Source: Nitrospirota bacterium (lineage in GTDB: Bacteria > Nitrospirota > UBA9217). From it: a DNA stretch of 64,000 nucleotides. Both the position numbers and the translations under genes were made by a program. The stretch is from the NCBI GenBank assembly GCA_963737155.1, contig CAVTRN010000002.1, positions 2,752,001-2,816,000 on the forward strand, in the 5' to 3' direction. Of this stretch, positions 10,629-20,435 are shown one piece after another (position 1 is the stretch's first letter; each line of letters begins with the position of its first letter). The notes beneath the pieces were generated by a model. That model was not told the DNA's origin, ran no database searches, and saw only the letters and a list, made by a program, of their open reading frames with translations.

Positions 10629-11480
10629 TTACGCTTCAATCCTTTCTCCCGTCATGCTGATAAAAACATCCTCCAACGTAACATCACGAACAACGATGTC
10701 CGAGCAGAGATCGCGACCTGCTTCGATCGCTGTTTCCCGTGTCTGGAAGAACTGACGAGGAACATCATATCTGCCGAGACACTCAACGGCGAATTTCCCG
10801 ATACCGTCCTTGAGAGTGGCCGGTCTGCCGAGCGCAATGATCTTTCCCGAGCGCATGATGGCAACCCGATCGCAGAGCGCATCGGCCTCCTCAATATAGT
10901 GCGTCGTCAGCAGAATTGTTATGCCGCTCCGCTTGAGCGATTCAATAACCCCCCAGATCATCCTCCTCGCCTGTGGGTCCAAACCCACCGTGGGTTCATC
11001 CATGAAGACCACTTGCGGTCGATGCATAAGCCCCCGCGCGATCAGAAGCCTTCTGCGCATGCCGCCGGAAAGGTGTTCGACGGGAGCATTCCTCTTCTCC
11101 CATAGCCCGATGAATCGGAGAAGTTCCTCGGTCCTCGCTGCGCGATCTTCCGGCTGCATCTTGTGGAGTCTTCCGTGGTATTCGAGGTTTTCCGCACAGG
11201 TGAGATCGATATCGAGGTTCAGCATCTGCGGCACGACTCCAATGGATCGTTTGACGCTCAGCGGCTCTGTCGTCGCATCATGACCGGCCACATAAACAGA
11301 CCCCGATGTTGGCGAGGATAGCGTAGTCAGCATGCGGATCGTCGTCGTTTTGCCTGCGCCGTTCGGGCCGAGGAGGCCGAAAATCTCGCCTTTGGCAACG
11401 CTCAAACTGATGGACTGCACGGCACCTAGGTCCCCGAAATATTTCGTGAGATTGACGGTTTCTATCATGGGAAAAGTCAT
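10629..11480 (-). CDS. ABC transporter ATP-binding protein (DrrA/NodI-like)
   Basis: GPNGAGKT, LSGGM, MDEPTVGLD; start set at MTFPMIE. Confidence 0.93.
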   Translation of the reverse strand: MTFPMIETVNLTKYFGDLGAVQSISLSVAKGEIFGLLGPNGAGKTTTIRMLTTLSSPTSGSVYVAGHDATTEPLSVKRSIGVVPQMLNLDIDLTCAENLEYHGRLHKMQPEDRAARTEELLRFIGLWEKRNAPVEHLSGGMRRRLLIARGLMHRPQVVFMDEPTVGLDPQARRMIWGVIESLKRSGITILLTTHYIEEADALCDRVAIMRSGKIIALGRPATLKDGIGKFAVECLGRYDVPRQFFQTRETAIEAGRDLCSDIVVRDVTLEDVFISMTGERIEA

Positions 11481-11490
11481 GGTTCCCTCA

Positions 11491-12873
11491 TCAGTCTTCG
11501 ATTTCAATACCCAGTGCCTTGATTTTCCTATGCAGGTTGCTGCGTTCCACACCGATGGCATCGGCGGTCCTGCTTACGTTGCCTCCGAATTCCCGAAGCT
11601 TCTGTGCAATAAACTCCCGCTCGAATTCGGCTCGCGCGTCCTTGAACGTAGAAAGATGTGATGGTATCCGCATGGTTAAACCCGTGCTATGGTATCCATC
11701 GCCGACGACAATGCCGACTGGCGGCGGCACATCCTGGGCCGTGAGAACCGAGCCGGGTACCATGATGATCAGCCGTTCTATGAAATTTCGGAGTTCTCGT
11801 ACATTTCCCGGCCAGGAATAGTTGACGAAAAGCTTAAGCACCTCCTCTTCAATCGTCTTGGCCTTCTGCCCGTACTCGCCCGAATACTCCCGCAGAAAAT
11901 AACGTACTAGACGCGGGATGTCATCAATGCGTTCCCGAAGCGGCGGTACTTCAAGAGGTATCACATTCAGCCGATAGAAGAGGTCCTGGCGGAATGCGCC
12001 ATTCCTGATCTCGTCAAGCAAATTCTTGTTCGACGCAGCAATCACGCGCACATCGGACTTCAGCGTCCTCGTGCCTCCCACGCGCTGGAACTCCTGGCCT
12101 TCGAGTATTCTCAGAACCTTGGCCTGCGTGGCCAGGCTCATGTCCGCAATCTCGTCAAGGAAGATGGTGCCGCCGTGGGCAAGCTCGAATTTCCCGCGTT
12201 TCATGCCCGTCGCGCCGGTGAATGAGCCCTTTTCGTGGCCGAAGAGTTCGCTTTCGATCAGCTCCTGCGGTATGGCCGCACAATTGACCTCCACGAAGGG
12301 GCCGTTCGCGCGCCTACTCGCCCGGTGAATGGCCCTGGCAACGAGTTCTTTGCCCGTCCCGCTCTCGCCGTGGATAAGCACCCACCCATTTGTCGGCCCG
12401 GCAAGCGCGATCTGCTGCTTGAGTGCCTGGATTTTACTGCTCTCTCCCACGATCTCGCTCCGCCGTTCGATACTCCGCCGAAGCGATTCGTTTTCCTCGC
12501 GGAGTCGTGATTCCTCTATCCCATGTTTCACAACAAGCGTGAGGTGCTGTAGCTCAGGCGGCTTTACGATGAAGTCATAGGCACCCATTTTCGTGGTCTT
12601 GACCGCCGTCTCGATAGTGCCGTGGCCCGTTACCATGATGACCGGCAAATCTGGCCTGATCTCCCGTATCCGTCGCAGCGTCTCAATCCCGTCAAGTTCA
12701 GGCATTGCTATGTCGAGAAGCGCCAGCAAGGGCTGGGATTCACTGAGTGCATCGATTCCCTCTTTGCCCGAAGCTGCAGTCACGACCTCATAGCCTTCAT
12801 CGCGCATAACATCGGCAAGGCTCTTTCGGACACTTTCTTCATCATCGACAATGAGTATGGTTTCGCCTGACAT
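11491..12873 (-). CDS. Sigma54-dependent response regulator, NtrX-like
   Basis: REC domain, GESGTGKE, ELFGHEKGSFTGA, C-terminal HTH ERSNLHRKIK. Confidence 0.92.
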   Translation of the reverse strand: MSGETILIVDDEESVRKSLADVMRDEGYEVVTAASGKEGIDALSESQPLLALLDIAMPELDGIETLRRIREIRPDLPVIMVTGHGTIETAVKTTKMGAYDFIVKPPELQHLTLVVKHGIEESRLREENESLRRSIERRSEIVGESSKIQALKQQIALAGPTNGWVLIHGESGTGKELVARAIHRASRRANGPFVEVNCAAIPQELIESELFGHEKGSFTGATGMKRGKFELAHGGTIFLDEIADMSLATQAKVLRILEGQEFQRVGGTRTLKSDVRVIAASNKNLLDEIRNGAFRQDLFYRLNVIPLEVPPLRERIDDIPRLVRYFLREYSGEYGQKAKTIEEEVLKLFVNYSWPGNVRELRNFIERLIIMVPGSVLTAQDVPPPVGIVVGDGYHSTGLTMRIPSHLSTFKDARAEFEREFIAQKLREFGGNVSRTADAIGVERSNLHRKIKALGIEIED

Positions 12874-12899
12874 GCTTCAACCCCTGTTCTCAATCCGGA

Positions 12900-14021
12900 T
12901 TATTTCTTCAAGCCCTTTGCCATCCGGGCAATGACTTCATCAATCTCGTCATTCGTCGTCTCTCTGCCAAGGCTGAATCGGATTGCACCCCGCGCGAGGT
13001 CACGGTCAACGCCCATCGCGACGAGCACATGAGACGGCTCAACAAGATCTCCGTGGCATGCAGCGCCGGGAGAGACTGCTACGCCTTTGAGTGTTTCCAT
13101 GATCGAAATGGCATCAAATCCCTCAAAGCTGATGTTCCAGGTATTGGGAAGCTTTTTCTCCGGATGGCCGTTCAGATGCACCTTAAGACCGGCCTGCTTC
13201 AAACCCTGGTAGAGGTTCCTCCCGAGTTGGACCTGCCGGGCTCCCTCGCTCTCAATTATAGGCGCCGCCATCATGGCAGCCTCGCCGAGACCCGCGATAA
13301 AGGCGGCATTCTCTGTGCCGGGGCGAAACCCGCGTTCGTGTCCGGCCCCATGCAGCAGCGGCGGAAGTTTTCTTCCATTTTTTATGTAGAGAGCTCCTAT
13401 GCCCTTCGGCGCATAGAACTTGTGACCGGCAACAGTCAGAAAGTCCACACCCAGATCATCAACCTGCACGCGCACCTTGCCCACGCTCTGCGCTGCATCG
13501 GTATGGAAGGGAACACCATGTGATGCCGCAATCCGCGAGAGTTCCCTGATGTCCTGGATCGTTCCAACCTCGTTATTCGAGTGCATGATCGTCACCATCG
13601 CAGTGTCCGCTGTGACGGCCTTTTCGAGATCACCCGGGTCCACCATGCCGAACCGATCTACAGGCAGATAGGTCACGCGATACCCGAAGCGCTCAACGAG
13701 TCGGCAAGGCTCCAGAACCGCGGGATGCTCTATCCGTGACGTAATAAAATGCTTCCCTTTTCCAGCGGCCTTAGCGATCCCCTTGATCACCATGTTGTTC
13801 GACTCTGTTGCGCCACTTGTGAAAATGATCTCCGAAGGCTCACATCCCAGCAGGATCGCCAGCTGTTCGCGCGCTTTCTCGATCCCGGCCCGGCAGGCGA
13901 CACCGAAGTCGTGGCTTGAGGACGGGTTCCCGTACTTTTCCCGGAGGAAGGGTAGCATCTCTTCGAACACCTGAGTAGCCACAGGCGTGCTTGCGTTGTA
14001 ATCAAGATAGATTGGTTTCAT
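12900..14021 (-). CDS. Cysteine desulfurase / selenocysteine lyase-like PLP enzyme (IscS/NifS family)
   Basis: YLDYNASTP, HTDAAQSVGK, GHKFYAPKG, SPGAACH. Confidence 0.92.
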   Translation of the reverse strand: MKPIYLDYNASTPVATQVFEEMLPFLREKYGNPSSSHDFGVACRAGIEKAREQLAILLGCEPSEIIFTSGATESNNMVIKGIAKAAGKGKHFITSRIEHPAVLEPCRLVERFGYRVTYLPVDRFGMVDPGDLEKAVTADTAMVTIMHSNNEVGTIQDIRELSRIAASHGVPFHTDAAQSVGKVRVQVDDLGVDFLTVAGHKFYAPKGIGALYIKNGRKLPPLLHGAGHERGFRPGTENAAFIAGLGEAAMMAAPIIESEGARQVQLGRNLYQGLKQAGLKVHLNGHPEKKLPNTWNISFEGFDAISIMETLKGVAVSPGAACHGDLVEPSHVLVAMGVDRDLARGAIRFSLGRETTNDEIDEVIARMAKGLKK

Positions 14022-14035
14022 GCTTGTCCCGAAAA

Positions 14036-14650
14036 TCAAGAAACAATCTTATTCAATAAGGTAGTTTCAAAAAAATACTCAAGCAGGTTCATTACACCGA
14101 GAATAATCGACGCTGAAAGAAACGACACGATAGCACACCCTACCGCCTGTTTTCTCCCAGTAGCCGCGAGGCCGATGATTCCGAGGTAGACGAGATAGAT
14201 ACTGTAAAGGATCGCAGCATAAACGATCCAGTTCATCCCCGCGTTATCAGCAAAAAGGCCTGCCATAAATAGCGGGGTGAAGGAGTATGCAGCGATTTTT
14301 AAACCCTGGATACCGTCCCATCGTGCTTCAGAAGCCTTGACAACTGCCGTAATAATCACTCCGGTTATCACGACATTGATGATTGAGATGCCGTACCACA
14401 GTAAATTCGGCAGGAGAAGACATCTAAGAAAGGTAAGGATACCTGGCTTCGCCGTGGTTCTGCTGAAAACGATGCCGTCTATGGCAGCCGCTGCCGGCGG
14501 AATCGCGGCAATGATGGCGACATAGCGGAAAATGACGTCCGAATACGTTTTAGGCTCGTCCCTGATCTCCAGCCATTCATTCCGAGGACGGGTAAAGATA
14601 TTCCACACCCGGGTCAGAAACACTTTGATGAATTCTTTTCCTGCATGCAT
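14036..14650 (-). CDS. Yip1 family membrane protein
   Basis: IFTRPRNEWLEI, AAYSFTP, YSIYLVYLG; five TM-like segments. Confidence 0.75.
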   Translation of the reverse strand: MHAGKEFIKVFLTRVWNIFTRPRNEWLEIRDEPKTYSDVIFRYVAIIAAIPPAAAAIDGIVFSRTTAKPGILTFLRCLLLPNLLWYGISIINVVITGVIITAVVKASEARWDGIQGLKIAAYSFTPLFMAGLFADNAGMNWIVYAAILYSIYLVYLGIIGLAATGRKQAVGCAIVSFLSASIILGVMNLLEYFFETTLLNKIVS

Positions 14651-14654
14651 GCTC

Positions 14655-15590
14655 TTATGCGCCGATCTTCCGCTCGAACACGCCTGTCGTCAGATAGCGT
14701 TCACCGCCATCGGGGAACACAACTACGACTCGTTTGCCCTTACCCAACCGAGCGGCAACTTGAAGCGCCGCCCAGCATGCCGCTCCAGATGATATCCCTA
14801 CAAGAAGGCCTTCCTCTCGGGCGAGCCGCCTGGTCGTCTCAGCAGCCTGTTCGTTTGCAACGGGGATAACCTCATTGTACACGCTAGTGTTCAGAATCTT
14901 CGGCACAAATCCGGCACCAAGACCGGGAATCTTGTGGACACCGGATTTTCCGCCCGAAAGCACCGGCGAGGCAGCCGGCTCCACAGCAAAGATCTTTATG
15001 TCTTTGAACTTCTTCCTAAGCGTTTCACCCACACCGGTGATAGTCCCACCGGTACCCACACCGGCGACGAAAGCGCTGATGCGCTTCCCACCCATAAATT
15101 TTAGAATTTCCTTTGCTGTTGTCCTGCGATGGACCATGGAATTCGCGGGGTTCGCAAACTGCTGTGGCATAAAATATTCTTTGCTCGATGCGACGATCTC
15201 CTCCGCCCGGTCAATGGCTCCCTGCATGCCTTTGTCCCCGGCGGTCAAGACCAGTTCCGCACCGTATGCCTGGAGTAGCTGCCGACGCTCGACGGTCATG
15301 GTCTCGGGCATAGTCAGGACAATGGGATATCCCTTGACCGCAGCTACCATGGCGAGACCGATTCCTGTATTGCCGCTCGTAGGCTCCACAATCTTCATCC
15401 CCTTTTGAAGCTTTCCCTTCTGCTCCGCGTCCGCGATCATGGCGACGGCGGGCCGATCCTTCACACTTCCACCAGGATTGAACCCTTCTAGCTTCGCCCA
15501 GATATCCGCATAGCCCGCACCCACAATGCTGGACAGCTTTACCATAGGTGTGTTCCCAATCAGATCGAGTATGGTTTTTATCTTGGACAT
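14655..15590 (-). CDS. cysK: Cysteine synthase A
   Basis: NPGGSVKDR, EPTSGNTGIGLA, GVGTGGT. Confidence 0.95.
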   Translation of the reverse strand: MSKIKTILDLIGNTPMVKLSSIVGAGYADIWAKLEGFNPGGSVKDRPAVAMIADAEQKGKLQKGMKIVEPTSGNTGIGLAMVAAVKGYPIVLTMPETMTVERRQLLQAYGAELVLTAGDKGMQGAIDRAEEIVASSKEYFMPQQFANPANSMVHRRTTAKEILKFMGGKRISAFVAGVGTGGTITGVGETLRKKFKDIKIFAVEPAASPVLSGGKSGVHKIPGLGAGFVPKILNTSVYNEVIPVANEQAAETTRRLAREEGLLVGISSGAACWAALQVAARLGKGKRVVVVFPDGGERYLTTGVFERKIGA

Positions 15591-15620
15591 GAGAAGCTCC
15601 TTTGCCCGACAATGCCCGTT

Positions 15621-16712
15621 TTACTCGCAGCCAGCGTGTGTCTTTACTCCTATGTCGTTATGCATACAGTTCCGGACAGCACACAGGACGTCCTCAACTG
15701 CCAACACAGCGCCACCCGGCCTTCCGTAAAACGAGACAGGCGCCTTGCCGTTCACCGCCAGCCGCACGTCCTCCACCATCTGCCCCATGTTCATTTCAAC
15801 CACGAGTATCCGCGGCGCCTGTTCCGCAATCTTCGAAATAACCTTTTCGGGAAAAGGAAATAGCGTGATCGGCCGGACAAGACCGGCCTTAATCCCCTCA
15901 GCCCGAGCGAGCGTTATAACGCTTTTGGCTATACGCGCTGACGTACCGAAGGCCACCAGAACAATCTCGGCATCATGGGTCAGCGAGGTTTCGCAGAGCA
16001 CTTCCCGGGCGGCCATTTGGTCGTACTTGGCCTTCAAAAGATAGTTCCGCTGCTCCAAGGCCCCGTCCTCCCCCGGCAGCATGAAAAGCGATCGGATAAC
16101 ATGGCCCGGTCTACCCTTTGCCCCTGTGAGGGCCCAGGATTTGTCCACCAGCCTATGTTCGATCTCTGGAAATTCCACTGGCTCCATCATCTGCCCCAGC
16201 ACACCGTCACCAAGTATCATCACGGGATTGCAATACTCATCAGCCTTGTCAAAAGCTTTCACGGTCAGATCAACGATTTCCTGGATCGTAGACGGCGCGT
16301 AGACCAGAAGTTTATAATCGCCATGGCCGCCGCCTTTGACCGCCTGGAAATAATCAGCCTGCGATGGCGCAATGTTTCCGAGTCCGGGACCGCCGCGTTG
16401 CATATTGACAATTACCGCCGGTAGTTCCGACGCCGCCATGAACGACAGAGCTTCCTGCATAAGACTGATGCCAGGACTGGACGACGAGGTCATGGCCCGC
16501 TCTCCTACTGCAGCAGCGCCATAGACCATGTTGATGGCAGCGATTTCGCTCTCTGCCTGGATAAAGGTTCCGCCTATTTCAGGCAAACGACGGGACATGA
16601 ATTCGGGAATTTCGTTCTGAGGGGTTATGGGATACCCGAAGTACCGTCTGCACCCGGCGCGGACAGCCGCCTCCGCAAGCGCTTCATTACCCGTTATCAA
16701 AACTTTGGCCAT
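15621..16712 (-). CDS. 2-oxoacid:ferredoxin oxidoreductase alpha subunit (VorB-like)
   Basis: YFGYPITPQNE, QAESEIAA, TSSSSPGISL, QRGGPGLG. Confidence 0.92.
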   Translation of the reverse strand: MAKVLITGNEALAEAAVRAGCRRYFGYPITPQNEIPEFMSRRLPEIGGTFIQAESEIAAINMVYGAAAVGERAMTSSSSPGISLMQEALSFMAASELPAVIVNMQRGGPGLGNIAPSQADYFQAVKGGGHGDYKLLVYAPSTIQEIVDLTVKAFDKADEYCNPVMILGDGVLGQMMEPVEFPEIEHRLVDKSWALTGAKGRPGHVIRSLFMLPGEDGALEQRNYLLKAKYDQMAAREVLCETSLTHDAEIVLVAFGTSARIAKSVITLARAEGIKAGLVRPITLFPFPEKVISKIAEQAPRILVVEMNMGQMVEDVRLAVNGKAPVSFYGRPGGAVLAVEDVLCAVRNCMHNDIGVKTHAGCE

Positions 16713-16774
16713 GATCCATCACCCTATAAAATTTGGAATCCAGCGTTATGAAGATCGGGGTACACCGGACATCC

Positions 16775-16981
16775 CTACTTCCACACTTCTATCGCCACAT
16801 CGGGGCACATCTCGGCGCAAAGCGCGCAGCCCGTACAGGTCCCCTCTTCATCGCAATATTCGACGGCGTAGTATCCGCTCTTATTGAACTGCGTGCCAAT
16901 TTTTAGCAGCTTTTTCGTGCAGGCTGTGGTGCAGAGTGCGCAGCCTTTGCAATATTCTATATCGATAACTACCTTGCCCAT
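16775..16981 (-). CDS. 2[4Fe-4S] ferredoxin, oxidoreductase delta subunit
   Basis: CKGCALCTTAC and CTGCALCAEMCP; start set at MGKVVID. Confidence 0.92.
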   Translation of the reverse strand: MGKVVIDIEYCKGCALCTTACTKKLLKIGTQFNKSGYYAVEYCDEEGTCTGCALCAEMCPDVAIEVWK

Positions 16982-17051
16982 GAACCCCTCACTTGAGCAG
17001 CGGGCACGGAACATGGAGAAAAATCTGCTAAACCAGCTCTCGCGCTCTGTT

Positions 17052-18776
17052 CTACGCCCGCTGCGTATTTGCGTTAGAAGCGCTACCTCGCTCCACCATT
17101 TCCTCGGCATGCTTGATCGTCGCTTCCGTAATCGTCTTTCCACCGAGCATGCGGGCAATTTCGTCAACCCGCTCTTTCTCATCGAGCAAACGAACCTCAG
17201 TGCTCGTCCGGTCTTTTTTCACTGATTTGGACACCCCGTAGTGGCTGTCGGCCATACTTGCGATCTGAGGCAAGTGGGTAATGCAAAATACCTGACGCTT
17301 CGCTGCAATGCGCTTAAGTTTTTTTCCTACCTCCTCCGCAACCGCGCCGCCGATGCCCGCGTCAACTTCATCAAATACGACAGTGGGGATTCTGTCTCCC
17401 TCGAACAGAATGGACTTGAGCGCCAGCATAATGCGCGAAAGCTCACCGCCCGAAGCTATCCTCGCGAGCGATTTCGGTTCTTCGCCGGGATTCGGGGAGA
17501 TGAGAAATTCCACGCGATCCGCGCCGCGGAGTCCAATTTTGTGGCCATCCAGCGTATCACCCCCGGGTTCCTGAGTAATCTTCAGGGTGAAGGTCGCCTT
17601 CTTCATTCCGAGGTGCGCCAATTCGGCCCCCACTTTCTTTTCAAGGTCTTTCGCCGCCGCTTCCCGCTTTCTAGTGAGTTCGCTCGCTTTGTCGGTCAGC
17701 CCAAATTTGATCGCCTGAATCTCCGATTTCAGACGTTCGATCTCGTCGGTGCTCTGCTCCATGCGATCGAGTTCAGCTCCGGCCTTGGCGCCAAACTCCA
17801 GGATTTCTTCAATCGTGTTCCCGTATTTTTTCTTTAACTTATGGATCAGGTCGAGGCGATCGCCGACCCGCTCGATGCGATCGGGGTCAAACTCCACACC
17901 ACTGCTGTAGGAGGACAGCTCACGCGCAGCCTCTTCGAGCTGAGCGCAGGCTGATTCGCAGAGGTCAACTGTGCCAACAAGTTTGTCATCGATTTCAATG
18001 ATGCCTTTTAGATCATTGATAGATTTTCTTAGCATCGAAATCACCGAATCATCCGATGAATAAAGTGCCTCATCCGCCATTGAACAGAGTGCCGCCAGTC
18101 TTTCGGAATTGGCCAGGACTTTCAGCGTATTCGTGAGTTCCAAGTCCTCGCCCGGTTTGAGCAGGGCGGCTTCGATCTCGTTTTTCTGAAACACGAGGAT
18201 ATCCTCGCGCTGTGCCCGGTCACGCTCACCCGTTTCGAGCTGAGCCAGTTCCCTTCGCACATCCATCAGACGAGCATAGACAGCCGCCACCTCTTCCCGC
18301 AGGCTGTCAAGACAGCCGATGGAATCAAGCATCTCCATCTGATGATCAATTGACAGCAGCGACTGATGCTCATGCTGTCCGTGGATGTCCGCGAGGACTG
18401 CACCCAGCGCTGCAAGCGCGGTAAGGTTTGCGAGGCTTCCGTTAATATAAACTTTGTTCTTGCCTGATGAGGAAAGAACCCTTCGTATGATAAGATCTTC
18501 ATTGGTCTGCAATTCAATCCCTTGGTTGGCGAGCAATGCAGATACATCCGTCATACTACGGCTGTCAAGCTCGAAGTCGGCCTCCACAACCGCCTCCTGA
18601 CAACCGGTCCGGATGAGGTCCGCGTTCGCACGCTCGCCTAGAGCAAGGTTAAGCGCATCGACAACAATGGACTTGCCTGCACCGGTCTCGCCGGTAAATG
18701 CATTCAACCCATGCGTGAATTCGACGCGAAGCTGATCGATGATGGCAAAGTTTTTAATGTTTAATTCTTTTAACAT
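17052..18776 (-). CDS. recN: DNA repair protein RecN
   Basis: TGETGAGKS, ASGGELSR, FDEVDAGIGG, ITHLPQIA. Confidence 0.97.
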   Translation of the reverse strand: MLKELNIKNFAIIDQLRVEFTHGLNAFTGETGAGKSIVVDALNLALGERANADLIRTGCQEAVVEADFELDSRSMTDVSALLANQGIELQTNEDLIIRRVLSSSGKNKVYINGSLANLTALAALGAVLADIHGQHEHQSLLSIDHQMEMLDSIGCLDSLREEVAAVYARLMDVRRELAQLETGERDRAQREDILVFQKNEIEAALLKPGEDLELTNTLKVLANSERLAALCSMADEALYSSDDSVISMLRKSINDLKGIIEIDDKLVGTVDLCESACAQLEEAARELSSYSSGVEFDPDRIERVGDRLDLIHKLKKKYGNTIEEILEFGAKAGAELDRMEQSTDEIERLKSEIQAIKFGLTDKASELTRKREAAAKDLEKKVGAELAHLGMKKATFTLKITQEPGGDTLDGHKIGLRGADRVEFLISPNPGEEPKSLARIASGGELSRIMLALKSILFEGDRIPTVVFDEVDAGIGGAVAEEVGKKLKRIAAKRQVFCITHLPQIASMADSHYGVSKSVKKDRTSTEVRLLDEKERVDEIARMLGGKTITEATIKHAEEMVERGSASNANTQRA

Positions 18777-18799
18777 AAATTAAAGTTTAGTCATTCTTT

Positions 18800-19363
18800 C
18801 TACTTGCCGTTTCTCACCTCATCCGCCTTCCTGAGCGCGAACTCTTCCTGAGAGGATTTCCCTTTCCCACCAGCCCTGCGATAATACTCTTCCGCCAGTT
18901 TTTTCTTTCCCATTCGCTCCCCCGCTCTCCCTGCCCAATAGTATGCCGTACTAACCCACATCCCTGAGAAGGGATAAAGTTCGGGTATTTTCAGAAATTC
19001 GGTTATTGCATCCTGATCATTTCCGAGAAGAAAGGTGCAGAACCCAACCCAGTACTGGGTTGGCGGACGGTGAGAGAGCCTCTGTTGTTGCAGAGCACTA
19101 CGATAGGCATTGCGCGCATTGCTGTAATCTTGAAGCCGAAAATAGCAGTCCCCGATCCGTGATTGAATTTCGCCTGCGACAACCTTGTCCGTCATATTCG
19201 CGAGGGCATCCTGATAGGAATGAAGCGCTTCACTGTATTTTCCCGCGGCAAACATGCTTTCCGCTTTGATGTAAGCCGGAGGTCGGGACTGGCCAGCACA
19301 TACATTGGACTGGACAATTGATGCAAACAGGATAAGAAAAACCCAGAATAACTTCCTATTCAT
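18800..19363 (-). CDS. Secreted tetratricopeptide-repeat protein
   Basis: Signal peptide; TPR-like helices (IGDCYFRLQDY, AYYWAGRA). Confidence 0.75.
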   Translation of the reverse strand: MNRKLFWVFLILFASIVQSNVCAGQSRPPAYIKAESMFAAGKYSEALHSYQDALANMTDKVVAGEIQSRIGDCYFRLQDYSNARNAYRSALQQQRLSHRPPTQYWVGFCTFLLGNDQDAITEFLKIPELYPFSGMWVSTAYYWAGRAGERMGKKKLAEEYYRRAGGKGKSSQEEFALRKADEVRNGK

Positions 19364-19799
19364 AATTCCCCCATCGAGTAACTGTGTCAAATTTAACACA
19401 AAGCATATGCCTGTACAAGAATAAAATCTTCAGATATCTTAAGCTCAACCTGGCATATCGGGAATCTGCGTTGAAGTTGACAGCAACATCTAGAATAACC
19501 GACTTTAAAGATAAAAAAATATAAATATTGCAGATGCAATATAAGGTTACGTACAAAATTGTTTTTTCGCATTCGACAAATCTCTACGTATTTTTTTAAC
19601 CCTGTGTCGGGTAATATTATTTATTTTTATCATATTTTTCATAAAAACAATATGTTACGTATTTGACACAACTTTACACATTAAAAAAGATTGGGCATGG
19701 ATACTGTCGTTCCTCATTTCTCCGGCATTGGAGTTAACGCTCTCCTTCTCTTGGCGGGCTATTGCACAGCATCAGCCACCCCGCCCGAGAAAGAACCAA

Positions 19800-20043
19800 A
19801 TACACTTAACCGGCATAAAAAAATGATACCTCTAAATGCTCATCTGCCTTATCGCAGGAATCTTCGTACTAGGTAGCTCTCTCATGGGATTCTATGAGCA
19901 CCTTGACTGGTTCATTATCATGGCTTTTGTGGCGCGCAATGCTCACGATTATTGGCTTGACAGGCTTCTGCCCTGTGAGTATTATACTTCACGTTTTGGG
20001 TATGCGAGAGCGTTGTCATGCTGACGCAAACATATTAAGGTAA
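19800..20043 (+). pseudogene. DUF2892 (YgaP-like) membrane protein pseudogene
   Basis: LICLIAGIFVLGS..WFIIMAFV, then a frameshift into GLTGFCPVSIILHVLG; in-frame stops near the 5' end. Confidence 0.6.
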
Positions 20044-20066
20044 TCGTTAGGGAAAGGAGTTGTTTC

Positions 20067-20261
20067 ATGCCATTTTACGAGTACATGTGCGAAACCTGCG
20101 GTAAAGACTTCGTTCTGCTGCAATCCATGAATACGAAAGCAGAAGATACGGTCTGTCCTTATTGCAACGAAAAAAGATCCAAAAAGCTTGTCTCCCATTT
20201 TTCCTCTAGCAGCAGCGGTTCAGTCTGTAGCGTAGGCAATCATTCTTGGGGAGGCGGTTGA
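20067..20261 (+). CDS. FmdB-family zinc-ribbon protein (possible UGA-Sec extension to 20270)
   Basis: MPFYEYMCETCG...CPYC; AAGGAG RBS. Confidence 0.9.
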   Translation: MPFYEYMCETCGKDFVLLQSMNTKAEDTVCPYCNEKRSKKLVSHFSSSSSGSVCSVGNHSWGGG

Positions 20262-20304
20262 GGTTCCTAAAAACGATTCGCCGTGCGCGAGTCAAAAAAG
20301 CAAC

Positions 20305-20337
20305 AGCCTGAGAATGTGATGATTCTCAGGCTTTTTT
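20305..20337 (+). terminator. Rho-independent terminator
   Basis: AGCCTGAGAAT..ATTCTCAGGCT followed by a T-tract. Confidence 0.8.
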
Positions 20338-20435
20338 GTGACAAAGATGTTTAACTACAGAAAGCACAATGGAATGTCAGTAATCACAACATGACCTATT
20401 TCCCCGTACTGGGTCGGTTCTGATTCATTACTTGA

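Noticed and set aside
19957-19985. TTGACA-N17-TATTAT promoter-like motif
   Set aside because: Coincides with the GLTGFCP codons of the DUF2892 pseudogene, so it may be coincidental; not called separately
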